Below, one piece after another: positions 1 through 10,253 of a DNA stretch of 64,000 bases. Numbering within the stretch: the stretch's first letter is position 1; every line of letters begins with the position of its first letter. This DNA is from a virus, in the IMG/VR virus record IMGVR_UViG_3300023276_001086, positions 103,833 through 167,832 of that record. One strand, written 5' to 3'. Below the pieces are notes generated by a model. That model worked only from the letters and a program-made list of their open reading frames with translations, made no database searches and was not told where the DNA came from. The translations under genes were made by a program, and so were the position numbers.

Positions 1-141
1 GCGTTGAGATGATCTCACCCTCGAGAGTGTTGAGTCGGTCACTGGTCATGATGTCAAATCGCGCCGGCCCGTCTCCATCGGGGAGCTTGATGTAATCCCC
101 TACGAACCCGCACAAACGCACACTGTTTTCCGTCCGTTTTG

Positions 142-1341
142 TCACCCATCCTCCTTGGCGGGAGCCCCGCCATGCCCGTTCTCACAGGTCACCCCGCCAG
201 GGCTCTCATACTGTGGTTTTCCGCACACTGAGCAGTTTGTGCCAGTCAACCGCATTCCATCGATCTTGTTGTCGAATGTGCGCTTGACACGCTCCCGAAG
301 CTCATGGCCCCAAGCCATCCAGTCGCTAATCTCCTCGAGCAGAGCATCCCTAACCTCCGTCCGACCCCCCGCAGCGCCCCTCTCTAGCATTTCGCACTCG
401 TTACAGACGTACTTCTCGTCGATTGGCACGTCCCGAGCTCGTGTAGCCAGACCCTCGGTCCCGCAAACCGTGCAATCCTCGTAATGCCAGAGCGGCTTCA
501 TCTTCTTCGTCTTCTTCGCCCCCTTTGGTGCCTCCTTCTTCGGGCGGACGGGGAAAACGCCCCTCAAACCCGCCCGAACCAGACCCTTTGCCTCTTCTGA
601 GAACTTCCCGTTCAGTATCCACTGAGCATAGCCAATGTTCTTGGTACAGAGAGTCTGGAGTGTCATCCCGGCGTGCTTGCCAAAATCGATCACAGCGTCC
701 CCACTCTCGTTCCAACAGAACCTTCCGCCCAAGTCGACCTTGTTCAGCACAACCAGGTCGTGCATATCGCCCAAGCAGCTGATCGGGTTACCCTCAGTGC
801 AGCGGTACCGCTCAACCTGCGCCTCGAGGATGGCCGTAGTAGCCATGGTGTCGGCGAAGGCATCGTGCGCGTCGTCTCCGAGCTCTTCCTCGCAGTAATG
901 GCGGAAGGCGTCGGTCAATTTCTTGCCCTTTACGCCCTTTTCGAGCTTCCGAAACACCGCAAAGGCGTCAAAGACCCGCACAGAGCTCACATTCAGCGCC
1001 CGCCCGCACCGCTGAAGCTCAGCCTCCAGCAGTGGGATGTCGAAAGTGATGATGTTGTAGCCCGCCAGGTCGCAGCCGTCGAAGAAGAGGACAACGGCGT
1101 CCGCCACACCCTTGAAGGTCTTGCAATTCCGCACATCCTTGTCGTAGATGCCGTGAACTCGGGATGCGCCTTGCGGGATAGGGACCGTGGGGTTGATGTC
1201 CAACACCAACCGGCCCAATTCCACGAAATTCTCGTCGATTTTCACCGCAGCGAGCTGAACGATGCGGTCTTTCTTGACGTTGACCCCGGTTGTCTCGAGG
1301 TCGAACACTACGGTTTCAGGCATGATTACCTTCTTCATCAT
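142..1341 (-). CDS. DnaQ/DEDDh 3'-5' exonuclease (DNA pol III epsilon-like) with C-terminal FGKH-type domain and CxxC motifs
   Basis: ExoI VFDLETTG, HGI, ExoII GYNIITFD, ExoIII AHDAFADT; IDFGKHAG motif typical of exonuclease X-like C-terminal domains; true start may be near 1323. Confidence 0.9.
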   Translation of the reverse strand: MMKKVIMPETVVFDLETTGVNVKKDRIVQLAAVKIDENFVELGRLVLDINPTVPIPQGASRVHGIYDKDVRNCKTFKGVADAVVLFFDGCDLAGYNIITFDIPLLEAELQRCGRALNVSSVRVFDAFAVFRKLEKGVKGKKLTDAFRHYCEEELGDDAHDAFADTMATTAILEAQVERYRCTEGNPISCLGDMHDLVVLNKVDLGGRFCWNESGDAVIDFGKHAGMTLQTLCTKNIGYAQWILNGKFSEEAKGLVRAGLRGVFPVRPKKEAPKGAKKTKKMKPLWHYEDCTVCGTEGLATRARDVPIDEKYVCNECEMLERGAAGGRTEVRDALLEEISDWMAWGHELRERVKRTFDNKIDGMRLTGTNCSVCGKPQYESPGGVTCENGHGGAPAKEDG

Positions 1342-1724
1342 CCTCCCGGTAGAGCTCGAGCTTTTTCACCGCCTCAGTGTTGACCATTGCCAGCCCCGGA
1401 ACAATGCGGATGGGCACGAAGTCGGGCTCCTCACGGAGATGCTCCAGGTCGATGACCTTGACCTCATTGTCGCCAACGATGGTCGCCGTGCCCTTGGGCT
1501 CGAAACGCACAGTCGGGCAACCGTCGTCCACACCCTCAACCACGCCCAGATCTCCCTCTTCAGCGTGGATGTAGTCTGAGTTGGGGAACTTGGCATCGAG
1601 TCGGCCGCCAAGCCCGCCCTCAGTGATACGCGTAACCGCCATGACCTTCTGCCCCACTTCCCACTCAACTCTCGGTATCGCAGTCTTCTCTGTCATGTTC
1701 CCTCCGCGAACTACCAAAGGACCT

Positions 1725-1997
1725 TCACTCTTCGTCATCTACCTCCCCTTCCCAGCGATCCTCTGTAGTCATACTGCTGATCGACTCTCTGCGAAATGTG
1801 ACCTCCACCTCGTGCCGCATTGCCCTACCGCCAAGTTGAAACGCAGACACGACGGCTCTCTTCATCTCTGGTGTGAACTGCTTTCTGGGGATATCCCAGA
1901 TATTGTAGTGTTTCCCATCAGGCATCTTCACCCACAACGCCACCTTGCCTTCGCGTATTGTTGTGTAGAATTTGGGCTTGTAATCTACCCTTTCCAC
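1725..1997 (-). CDS. hypothetical protein (start re-called at GTG 1997 behind a GAGGGG RBS)
   Basis: In-frame part of ORF 1725..2309 that does not overlap the upstream gene. Confidence 0.55.
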   Translation of the reverse strand: MERVDYKPKFYTTIREGKVALWVKMPDGKHYNIWDIPRKQFTPEMKRAVVSAFQLGGRAMRHEVEVTFRRESISSMTTEDRWEGEVDDEE

Positions 1998-2010
1998 TAG
2001 ATCACCCCTC

Positions 2011-2403
2011 CTACAGGATGGTCCCGTGCCCCTCGCACTCGAGGCAACTCGGATCAATGGGACCGCCGCACTCACCCGGCGCAGTCTCGTTGCCCCACTC
2101 GTCGATGCCTCCCTCGGGGTTGCACTTCTCACACCCGTGAGTCTGATCCCAGGTGTGGCAGCCCTCCTTGTCGGCGTGCTCAACGGCCTCGTTCGCAGCC
2201 TCCTCGGTGAAGGGAAAGGGCAGGCGGTGTACAGCATGCTCCCAGTCAGATCCCTCACAATACCCGGCAACCCAGAATCCCTTCTCGTCGACCCCCGCCG
2301 AGACACCACAGCTGGTGTCCTTGTAGAGCCGCTTGGCGATTGACGCCTCCGTGTCGTGGTAGGCGCTGAAATGGGCTGCCAGATCCTCGATGTTCTTGAT
2401 CAT
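2011..2403 (-). CDS. hypothetical phage protein with C-terminal CxxC motifs
   Basis: ATGA-coupled to upstream ORF; acidic, natural composition. Confidence 0.7.
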   Translation of the reverse strand: MIKNIEDLAAHFSAYHDTEASIAKRLYKDTSCGVSAGVDEKGFWVAGYCEGSDWEHAVHRLPFPFTEEAANEAVEHADKEGCHTWDQTHGCEKCNPEGGIDEWGNETAPGECGGPIDPSCLECEGHGTIL

Positions 2404-2580
2404 GTCCCCTTACCGTCTGCGAGACCATCCTCGTAGCCAGCCTCACGGCCCTTTTCCTCAGCTGCCTCAACGCAGCCTTCGCAGCTGTCAACCTGGAGCT
2501 CCCACATTCTACCGCTACCCGTCAGGTAGTATGTGAGCTCCTTCCCGCAGTCATCACAGATGACCCTGATCTCAATAGGA

Positions 2581-3897
2581 CTAGGCAATTTCCTCTCCTT
2601 CCTGTTTATTGAGCGCACCACGCGAATCAGGGTCCTGGGGAGGTTCAACTGCTGTCACCTTCCCGAACTCCTGATAATCCACATCCAGCTTCCGCAAAGC
2701 CGCCGCCTCAACTTGATGCGGAACACGGGACGGGCACTCACTGTTGAAAACCTCTTCTCTCCAATCCAGCCCCTCGCTATGAAGATCGAGGAGGTACCGG
2801 AGCCAGTGCAGTATGGGGCTCTCCGTGCGCCTACTCAGTGAGCTGGCCCCGAATGTCATCGAGAGCCACTCAGTCCCGTAAACACCGAGATTCTTCGCTC
2901 GAGATTTCAGCTCTGCGGCCGCCGTCCCCCGTTCCGACACAGGGGGCGGCTTTAGCAACCGGCTAGGCTCCGCCCTCGGCCTCGACCTTACCACTGGTAC
3001 GGCCTCGTAATAACTGTCCACCAAACCATGGATCAGTTCGCCCTTGTCGCAGTCAGGTCGACCGCGGAACCACCGGCACTCCTCCTCGTGAGGATCCTCC
3101 AGCATGTTCTTCTCTCGAAACTGGTGCCCGCAGTAGTAGGCAGGGACTATGTAGGTGTTGGTGATATCGCGAGTACAGTAGCTTGTGTACCTCCCCCGTT
3201 CCTGCTTCTCCACAAGGGAAAACTGAGCAGCCAGGCTACTACACAGACTGCATGCTCGCACCTTAGCCGGCCGAGTCCGACTGCTGTAGTGGGGGGCGTG
3301 CTCGACGAAATCCTCCTTCTTGCGCGTGCGCTCATATATCTTGACCATCGCCCTACGCTCGAGCTGCCTCACGCGTTCTTTACTCTTGTGGATGAGCTCA
3401 CCGACCTCCTTCAGACCCAGAGGCCTCCTGCCTAACCCGAATCTGTGCTCGATTATCAGCCTCTCCTGGTCAGTCAGCGACGGCAGTACGGCCATGACGG
3501 AGTCCGTCAGCTCCTTGATCTCGTATTCCTCCTCTGGTGTTGCTGGCGGAAGGGCAGTGACCTCATCACTCCGAAGGAAGCTCTTGAGCTTGTCCGCGCT
3601 TAGCTCTTTGACGGCTGATTTCTCCTTGCCCACCGCATCCACGACGCTGGGCGGGAACAACTCCCAGATGTCCACCTTGAAGAACTCTGCCAGCTTCAGG
3701 GCACTGCTCTTCCAGGCGAGCTTGGCTGTCAGCGGGCTCGCTTTCATCGTCTCGTAGTGCCCCACCGTCTGGACGGGCACACCCGCTGCCCTATCCAGCT
3801 CCTTCTGGTGCAGCCCCAGCGCTTTCCTCCTCTTCTTCAGCTTGTTGTTCCGGATAGATACAGTGACCTCAAACTCGGGGATGTACTCAGACGTCAT
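2581..3897 (-). CDS. XRE-type HTH fused to a sigma70 region-4-like domain, with a long C-terminal extension
   Basis: N-term LKKRRKALGLHQKELDRAAGV..TVGHYE (HTH_XRE); LTDQERLIIEHRFGL..LKEVGELIHKSKERVRQLERRAM closely matches the sigma70 region 4.2 consensus. Confidence 0.8.
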   Translation of the reverse strand: MTSEYIPEFEVTVSIRNNKLKKRRKALGLHQKELDRAAGVPVQTVGHYETMKASPLTAKLAWKSSALKLAEFFKVDIWELFPPSVVDAVGKEKSAVKELSADKLKSFLRSDEVTALPPATPEEEYEIKELTDSVMAVLPSLTDQERLIIEHRFGLGRRPLGLKEVGELIHKSKERVRQLERRAMVKIYERTRKKEDFVEHAPHYSSRTRPAKVRACSLCSSLAAQFSLVEKQERGRYTSYCTRDITNTYIVPAYYCGHQFREKNMLEDPHEEECRWFRGRPDCDKGELIHGLVDSYYEAVPVVRSRPRAEPSRLLKPPPVSERGTAAAELKSRAKNLGVYGTEWLSMTFGASSLSRRTESPILHWLRYLLDLHSEGLDWREEVFNSECPSRVPHQVEAAALRKLDVDYQEFGKVTAVEPPQDPDSRGALNKQEGEEIA

Positions 3898-4540
3898 CTT
3901 TGATTCCCATCAAGCAACCCCGCACATCGAACTCACCCAGTATGTTCTTCCGCACCAACAGCAGTACTGACGGCACGAAGAACGTCTGAGTGATCTCCCC
4001 GGTTTCCGGGTTCGTGAAGGTCTCTGTCTCGCCCGGCCCGAGCAGGAAGAAGAAGCCGAGCTTACGGAAGACGAAGTAGTACTGGGGGTTGATGAGAGCC
4101 ACGTAAGGCTCGTCCATGTTCTCGCGGGTCAGCTCGTAGGTGTTGTCGGTGACCCACGTCACGGGGGTGTGGGCAACAAGAAGAGCTTGATCACCCTCAC
4201 CCGCCACGATGGCCACGTCATCTGCCAAAGCATAGGGCTTGCCGTAGTACATATCCCGGATGTGGGCTTTCACGTCGGTGTCACTGGCGTAGCTCTGCTC
4301 GAGGTCGGCGAGGATGTTGTTCCTGGACTCCTTCCAGTCGATCTTCCCGTTCTTCGCCTTCTTCTCAGCGGCCTTACGGATGATGGACAGATCTGGCGAG
4401 CCCGAGAAGATGGCCCAGTGTCCATTGCTGGCAGATCCGCACGTGCCATTGAGGCACCGAGCATCTTTTTCTGTCCCGAACAGCGCCGTGGGCAAGCTCA
4501 CACTTACACCCTGGATCTTCAGATCATTTCTCTCGCTCAT
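3887..4540 (-). CDS. hypothetical protein
   Basis: 217-aa ORF packed in the minus-strand operon with an RBS. Confidence 0.7.
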   Translation of the reverse strand: MSERNDLKIQGVSVSLPTALFGTEKDARCLNGTCGSASNGHWAIFSGSPDLSIIRKAAEKKAKNGKIDWKESRNNILADLEQSYASDTDVKAHIRDMYYGKPYALADDVAIVAGEGDQALLVAHTPVTWVTDNTYELTRENMDEPYVALINPQYYFVFRKLGFFFLLGPGETETFTNPETGEITQTFFVPSVLLLVRKNILGEFDVRGCLMGIKDDV

Positions 4541-4541
4541 C

Positions 4542-4688
4542 TCACTCTCCCTCTCCCGTCACCATGTCCAATCGCACAGCTTCTCGTAACTTATCTATCG
4601 ACTCATCGGAGTAGACTGCGAAACCGCGGCCCTCCAAGTACGCCTCGAGCTCCGCACGAGTCCACGAGCGCACAGGCTTCTCCTCCAT
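4542..4688 (-). CDS. 48-aa small helical protein (HeH/Rho-N-like pattern), not in the ORF track
   Basis: Own translation MEEKPVRSWTRAELEAYLEGRGFAVYSDESIDKLREAVRLDMVTGEGE; TGATG-coupled to the upstream gene. Confidence 0.55.
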   Translation of the reverse strand: MEEKPVRSWTRAELEAYLEGRGFAVYSDESIDKLREAVRLDMVTGEGE

Positions 4689-4852
4689 CACTCAACCTCC
4701 CCGCTCTGATTGTGGTTGTGCTCCTCGCAGTCGTGCCCGGCCCCGCAGTTGTAGATGAGTATCCCGCTCATCACCAATACGAGCAGGAAGACAGACGTGA
4801 GCAGTATCATGACCAGCAGTTCAATGAGGGTGAATCCCTTCTCACTACGCAT
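4688..4852 (-). CDS. minimal type IV prepilin-like protein (54 aa)
   Basis: MRSEKG|FTLIELLVMILL: class III signal peptide/N-methylation motif G-F-T-L-I-E followed by a hydrophobic helix. Confidence 0.8.
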   Translation of the reverse strand: MRSEKGFTLIELLVMILLTSVFLLVLVMSGILIYNCGAGHDCEEHNHNQSGEVE

Positions 4853-5519
4853 CGTCTTCCCCCGTACCCATGAAGGACAAGAGCAGATGGACGTACTCAC
4901 GCTCCTTCTCGGCGGTCCACGCATGAATCCGCACACTCGAGGAGCCGAACTCCTGGGTGGTGTTCTCGTTTCTGAACGCCTCCTCGGCGTCGCCATGCCA
5001 GCTGATGGCGCCCCCCTCTACGGGGCAGACCTCGATGGATGTGACCCTCCTCCGCATGCCTATCACGAAGAAGAAACCCAGGTCGGGGAGGTCAATCCGG
5101 TACCACGGGCGATTCACGTTTCCCGTGTACTCGTTGGGCACCGAGCGTATCGTGAATCGGACACGAGCAGCCGCGAAGCAGTTGAAGATCGTGTCCCGAT
5201 CACCCAGGGACATGTAGCGGTCGAAGCAGCTGTTGTGGACATGCTCTCCGTAACGACGCCAGAGATAGTGGTCACGCCACGACTCGACCGCCATTTCCCA
5301 CTTCTTCCCGCAGATCGAGCACTTCTCCTCACGAAGGTCGACCGTGAAGGTCTTGACCATGCAATCGTCGTCATCTTTCCATTGTATGACCAGCTGATCA
5401 AAGCCGTCGTAGCCAATGTTTCCATCCTCTGACAAAGGAGCACAGATGTTGTTCTTCGACGCGTTTTCGCCAAAGCCAAACGTCTGAACTGGTCCTGCCA
5501 CAAACCACATCACACTCAC
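4845..5519 (-). CDS. hypothetical protein with CxxC/HxxC motifs
   Basis: 224-aa ORF in operon. Confidence 0.7.
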   Translation of the reverse strand: MSVMWFVAGPVQTFGFGENASKNNICAPLSEDGNIGYDGFDQLVIQWKDDDDCMVKTFTVDLREEKCSICGKKWEMAVESWRDHYLWRRYGEHVHNSCFDRYMSLGDRDTIFNCFAAARVRFTIRSVPNEYTGNVNRPWYRIDLPDLGFFFVIGMRRRVTSIEVCPVEGGAISWHGDAEEAFRNENTTQEFGSSSVRIHAWTAEKEREYVHLLLSFMGTGEDDA

Positions 5520-5582
5520 CTCTCCATCTAAGTCATTCGCACATGCGTGAACCTTATACCCACAGGCTCACCAACCTTGCTG

Positions 5583-5879
5583 TCAGCGACCGTACCCCCC
5601 GTTGGGGTCCTCCTCTTGGATGGCTCGGACGAGCTCGGCCTTCAACTTCCGAATGGTCTTCGCTGCGCAGCTTGTGCAGTACTTCAAGTCACCGCCGACA
5701 TGGACCACATGCCCGGTCCCACTGTAGCCACAACCTGAGCACCATCCCGTCAGGTTGGGGTCCTTCCCCGCATTCGTGGCAATCGTATCGCTGAGAGTTT
5801 GCTCGAGGATGACGACCTTCACAGTCAACTTCGTGACCGCTTCCTCGAGTCGTTGAATACGGTCCAGATTCTCCGTCAT
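5583..5879 (-). CDS. Zn-ribbon protein (GWCxxCGY...CxxCAAxTIRxLK)
   Basis: Two CxxC pairs; domain paralogous to the C-terminal half of 7581..8051. Confidence 0.7.
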   Translation of the reverse strand: MTENLDRIQRLEEAVTKLTVKVVILEQTLSDTIATNAGKDPNLTGWCSGCGYSGTGHVVHVGGDLKYCTSCAAKTIRKLKAELVRAIQEEDPNGGYGR

Positions 5880-6308
5880 CTCACCTCCCTTTCAAATTCG
5901 ATGCCGAGCTCATACTCACCAAGCGCGGAACCCACTCATCCAGGTTCCTCTTGGCGTCCCGCATGTGCCTGATGCACACCGGGCAGTTGATGACCTCTGG
6001 AATGGCGGCAATGCTGTCCTTCCCCAATCTCCCATCGCTGAAACCGAGCCCGCACCAAGTACGAAGCCCCTCACTGAGAGGCCAGGGCACTACGGTTCCG
6101 TGAATCATCTCCTACTCCTCCTCCTCCTCCTCCTCCTCATCGTCGTGTTCCACCACAAGATGCTGCCCGCAACAGTGACTAGGGTGGAGATCGCAAACAA
6201 GATAGCCACAGCCGAAGCAGCGGTTCTCTTCTGTGAGCCCCTTCGTGCTACAGAGGGCGCAGTTGCCATCATCCTTGCCTGGGTTCTTCACCTCCTCCAG
6301 GTACTCCA

Positions 6309-6437
6309 TCACTCCCCTCTCAATCGAAATCCACGGCCCATGATGGGGGTGAACACCCACGTCTCATAGACCCTGAGCACTGCAATGATCACTGTTGCGG
6401 CAACCATGATGCTGGCAGCTACGATGTCGATCACCAT
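6309..6437 (-). CDS. 42-aa single-TM microprotein, paralog of 10880..11008 (not in the ORF track)
   Basis: MVIDIVAASIMVAATVIIAVLRVYETWVFTPIMGRGFRLRGE; stop TGATG-coupled to the next gene. Confidence 0.75.
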   Translation of the reverse strand: MVIDIVAASIMVAATVIIAVLRVYETWVFTPIMGRGFRLRGE

Positions 6438-6817
6438 CAGATCTCCTCCTCCGAGTGCAGGCGGGGCAATAGTCCTTCATCACCCCGCCCGCACTTACTC
6501 TTGACCAGCCTATGGCCTTCAGCTCTCTTCGGATCGCTGGAGCCCGGACACCTGATCGTTGCACCCACTCGGCGCACCCGTCACACCAGACGGTGATCTC
6601 TCGAGTGAGACTCAGGACTTCCTCACCTTGACCAAGGCACGACTCAGATCCATTAAAGCCCTTCTGATCGCCCCCGTCTCCCTTGGGTAGTAGGCCAGGT
6701 ACGGGTTTGACCCTCTGTCCTTCTTGTCTGCTTGGAGGCGAGCGTAGAGATCATTCACGGCCCTCTGGTATCGATCGATCTCTACCTGTATAGCGTCCAG
6801 ATTCTTCGTTGTCACGC

Positions 6818-7249
6818 TCACGTCTTCTCGCCCTCGAACAGAGCCTCGTCTGAGTCCCACTCAGCTCTCATGTGATCTGTTTGCATCTTCCCGTTGCTGA
6901 ACCACCAACGCCAGCGACAACTGTCCTCGCCCTCCATCTCGATGTAGGATCGATCGGTGACAAAGGGGGCGATCACATCAAAGAAGTTCTCGTCGCTCCC
7001 CAGCTTCTCCCCAGCGAACTCGATGTCGGTGAGTCCTTCGTGCTTGGAGAAGTCGACATCCCAGCGCCAAGCCCTGAACACCCCAACGATGTCCTTGCGG
7101 TTGCAAGCGTCGAGCACTTCGTCGGTGCTCACCCACGAGTACGCATTTGGGTAGCTCTCCATCATGTCGCTGACGGCCCTACGACAAGCATCGAAGTGCT
7201 CTCGCTTGATCCCGAACCTCGCCCCCCGCATGTCCATGCAGTATCCCAT
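6818..7249 (-). CDS. conserved-looking hypothetical phage protein
   Basis: MGY start, GEDxxxW motif, strong GGAG RBS. Confidence 0.7.
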   Translation of the reverse strand: MGYCMDMRGARFGIKREHFDACRRAVSDMMESYPNAYSWVSTDEVLDACNRKDIVGVFRAWRWDVDFSKHEGLTDIEFAGEKLGSDENFFDVIAPFVTDRSYIEMEGEDSCRWRWWFSNGKMQTDHMRAEWDSDEALFEGEKT

Positions 7250-7580
7250 ACCTACTCCTCCTCATCTTCCAGGAGACTGATCTTCAGCTGCTTCACTGGG
7301 TAGAGCATCTCCACCTCCCCAAGCCGCTCACCAGGAACGAAGTCCGGTTCCTTCCCTGCGCAGATTGAACAGGGCGTCGGCGTTCTCGGCCACGTCCCAT
7401 GCACGCTGGTCAGGCCGACCTCTCTCACCTCGAGGTCCCAGTGATCCACCACGGCCTCGGATGATCCGTCGGTGAGTAGTCCTTGCTCAACAGCTCGATG
7501 GATGATCTCGTAAAGCCGCCCCCGCATGTCGTCGGGAACAGTGTCCGTGTCGTAGGTGACTCGGATGGTGATGTTGAAGC

Positions 7581-8051
7581 TCATTCTTCCTCCTTCATGA
7601 ATCGTCGGAACTCGTTGAGCGTGCTCCGCATCTCAATCAGCTTCTTGACCTCCTTCACAAGGGGCTTGAAGGCTGGCGGCTCAGTGTACTGGTTGTGGCC
7701 AAGAGCGTCGGCCAGCTGAAACCTTGGCTTCTTCAGCGCCCTGATCGTACTCGCGGCACACCGCACGCAGAGCTTCTCGTCATCTTCAACGAGGATGGGC
7801 TCTCCCGATCCGTTGTAGCCACACTGGGTACACCAGCCTTCTTTGCTCATCACCACAACCACAGCCCTCTTCAAAGATTTGACAGATACTTCGCCCAGCC
7901 TGCCCGTCATACCGCCCAAACAGTAGAGCTGAAGATCGTCCATCCCAACTAGATCCTCAACGTGCTTGATTCCACTGATGGTGATGGCGTTCAGTACTCG
8001 AACCCTCACTGTCTTCTTGAGGTGGGGTCGGAGGTCAGCAATCGGTGTCAT
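7581..8051 (-). CDS. RNA polymerase alpha-CTD-like domain fused to a Zn-ribbon
   Basis: PIADL..VRVLNAITISGIKHVEDLVGMDDLQL..LGEVSVKSLK resembles alpha-CTD (IDELxLSVRxxNxLxxxxIxxIGDLV..LGKKSLxEIK). Confidence 0.55.
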   Translation of the reverse strand: MTPIADLRPHLKKTVRVRVLNAITISGIKHVEDLVGMDDLQLYCLGGMTGRLGEVSVKSLKRAVVVVMSKEGWCTQCGYNGSGEPILVEDDEKLCVRCAASTIRALKKPRFQLADALGHNQYTEPPAFKPLVKEVKKLIEMRSTLNEFRRFMKEEE

Positions 8052-8726
8052 CTACTTCTCCTTATCGAACTCACCCATCCACGCGATGATGGGGCGTTCG
8101 AGAACCAACGTTCCAGCGTTGTCCCACCAGACGCCGCTCCTCGAGACGAGCTTGTAGCTCTGACGCGCCATAGCGGCTTCAAAGTCTGCGAGAGCCTCTT
8201 CCCCAGTCCCCATCCCCCGCATCGACACGACCAGGCGATCTGGGATGAACTCTGCATCGGTTATGCTGGCGAAGTCCCCAATGTCTATGTACAGACGCTC
8301 GTCCCTCATAGCCTCGACGAACCGATCAGGCTCCTGTGTTGGGAACCACGGTTCGGACTTGTCTTTCTCCTCCTCGAGCTCCTGGACAGCGGCCAGGTAT
8401 CGATCAATAGTGATTTGTGCCGACCCCGCATTCTTGACCCGGTCGAGGAGCAGCTCCCGCTCGGCTTGGAGCTTGTTGACCACGCCCAAGGTGCTCTGAT
8501 ACAGCTCGTCGAGGCGCTTCACTCGATACTGAAGGCGCTCGTTCAGCTCCTGGAGCTCCTTGATCAGAGTAGCGGCCTCGTTGATGTCCCACTGTGGGAT
8601 GTCCTCTAACTCGGACCTCTCAATGATGTCCTTTGTCATTTCACTCCTTCGTACTCCCTTCACGTCTGCGCCGCCGGTCTCCGCACTCACAGGTGCAAGA
8701 AGGAAACTGATCCGGACAGTACACAC
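8052..8726 (-). CDS. hypothetical coiled-coil protein (start probably near 8639)
   Basis: Heptad-rich N-terminal half. Confidence 0.65.
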   Translation of the reverse strand: MCTVRISFLLAPVSAETGGADVKGVRRSEMTKDIIERSELEDIPQWDINEAATLIKELQELNERLQYRVKRLDELYQSTLGVVNKLQAERELLLDRVKNAGSAQITIDRYLAAVQELEEEKDKSEPWFPTQEPDRFVEAMRDERLYIDIGDFASITDAEFIPDRLVVSMRGMGTGEEALADFEAAMARQSYKLVSRSGVWWDNAGTLVLERPIIAWMGEFDKEK

Positions 8727-9521
8727 CGAACACCGGTACCGCCCCGCTATTACCGCAGTGTCGGCAGAAGGGGTGCATAGGTGCGATGACCTGGATGCTC
8801 ATGGTGGTGTACCCCTTGTAGCGAAAACCTAGGCCGGAGTTATCGACAGGCTTCGACTGCTTTATGTCGCAGCTTGCATCGGGGTTGATCATGAGTTTCC
8901 TCAACACCCCCAACAGGGTGTCGACTTGAAGCTCACGCTCCTCTTCTGAGAGCTCGTTCCGCCAAGTTGGTTTACTCATCATTCTCCTCTTCTTCGGGCT
9001 TGAGCAAATCAACAGCAGGTTTCCCGGCCTGGTGATACGACATGTGCTTGAACGCCGATGCACACACCTGCACCCTAATCCGACTCACCTCCCGCTCTTG
9101 GCAGTCTGGGCATGTCCCACCATCTAGGTCGGCGACAAGGTGGGGCTCCCCGCATTCCTCACACTCCCCCACCCGCCCCGGGTTGTCGATCAACGCACAG
9201 GACGGATGGGGATCGTTGTCGTACTCAGAGCAGACAACGCACTCTCGCTTCAGTCGCAACGGACACTGTGGGTGCATCAGCTCTCCCTGGTCAGCTCAAC
9301 GTGCGTCTTGGCGATATGGGCAGCTGCTCTTCGTAGCGACTCGTGCACGGAGACTATCGCCTTGGGCCCCGGCCTTCCGTCTTTCGCAGGCCAAGCTCTC
9401 CACTGCTTGGGCCGAAGCTTCGTGATGGATCCAACGTTGGAGCAACCTTGATGGGCTGTGTACGCTGGCGATTTGCCATCACCGATAGGGGTGAACTCGT
9501 AGCCATCAATTCCCTTGAATC

Positions 9522-10253
9522 TCACTTCTCCCCCACTGACTCAGCCATGAGGATGAAGTCGGCAAAGGTCTCCGCGTTATCCTTGATCGCTTCGATGAGG
9601 TACAGGTGCTGGTCGCCACCTTCTACCTGGCCGCTTGTGAGCAAACCAACGGCAATCATCGGTTCCTCGTTATCGTCTGGATTCAGGAAGAGGATCGAAT
9701 GACCCTCTTCTTGTTCCCGCAGTTCCAAGCTGATCCTCTGTCGCCTCACATCCTCTCCTTCCACGCGCAGACAGTCCCACGCATCACTGAGCAGCGGCTT
9801 CCGCAGGCTGCTCATCTTTCGGGAGTCCAAGGTCCAACCACCCGCATGCTTCAAATCCTCGAGGTAGTCCCATACGCGCTCAGTACCGTTATCGATTACG
9901 ACAACCTCACCTTCCCAGACGTATAAGCCGGGCGTGTCGAAACAACCGTAATCGAAGAAGTCCGTTCCGAAGTCGCAGAAGTCCCCCAAGTCCCACGCGA
10001 ACCTGGCCAGCTCACCGCGGACCTCGATGGTAACCGGATCTAGTTCCAACCCCACGGCAACCAAGAGAGCCGTAGCCGCATCGAGATCCCCCACAAATCG
10101 ATCAGTGAGGGGGTTACGGGAGAGCAACTCACCATTGGGCTTCCACACCATTGAGTGCCCGCACCGTGGACACCACAACGTGTCGAAATCGCGGTCCGAC
10201 TGATAGAGGTGGAACTTCACCGCACAGTGGGGGCACTCGAAAAGCATACTCAC
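9522..10253 (-). CDS. hypothetical protein with N-terminal Zn-ribbon (CPHC..CPRC)
   Basis: ORF in operon, CxxC pairs. Confidence 0.7.
   Translation of the reverse strand: MSMLFECPHCAVKFHLYQSDRDFDTLWCPRCGHSMVWKPNGELLSRNPLTDRFVGDLDAATALLVAVGLELDPVTIEVRGELARFAWDLGDFCDFGTDFFDYGCFDTPGLYVWEGEVVVIDNGTERVWDYLEDLKHAGGWTLDSRKMSSLRKPLLSDAWDCLRVEGEDVRRQRISLELREQEEGHSILFLNPDDNEEPMIAVGLLTSGQVEGGDQHLYLIEAIKDNAETFADFILMAESVGEK

Noticed and set aside
5553-5579. Possible ninth promoter copy (GTGGGTATAAGG shared with 21181)
   Set aside because: The upstream element reads CAAGG rather than CAAAA; only a partial match, so not counted.
6110-6140. (CTC)n run
   Set aside because: Encodes a poly-Glu C-terminus that also supplies GGAGG for the next gene; not a separate element.
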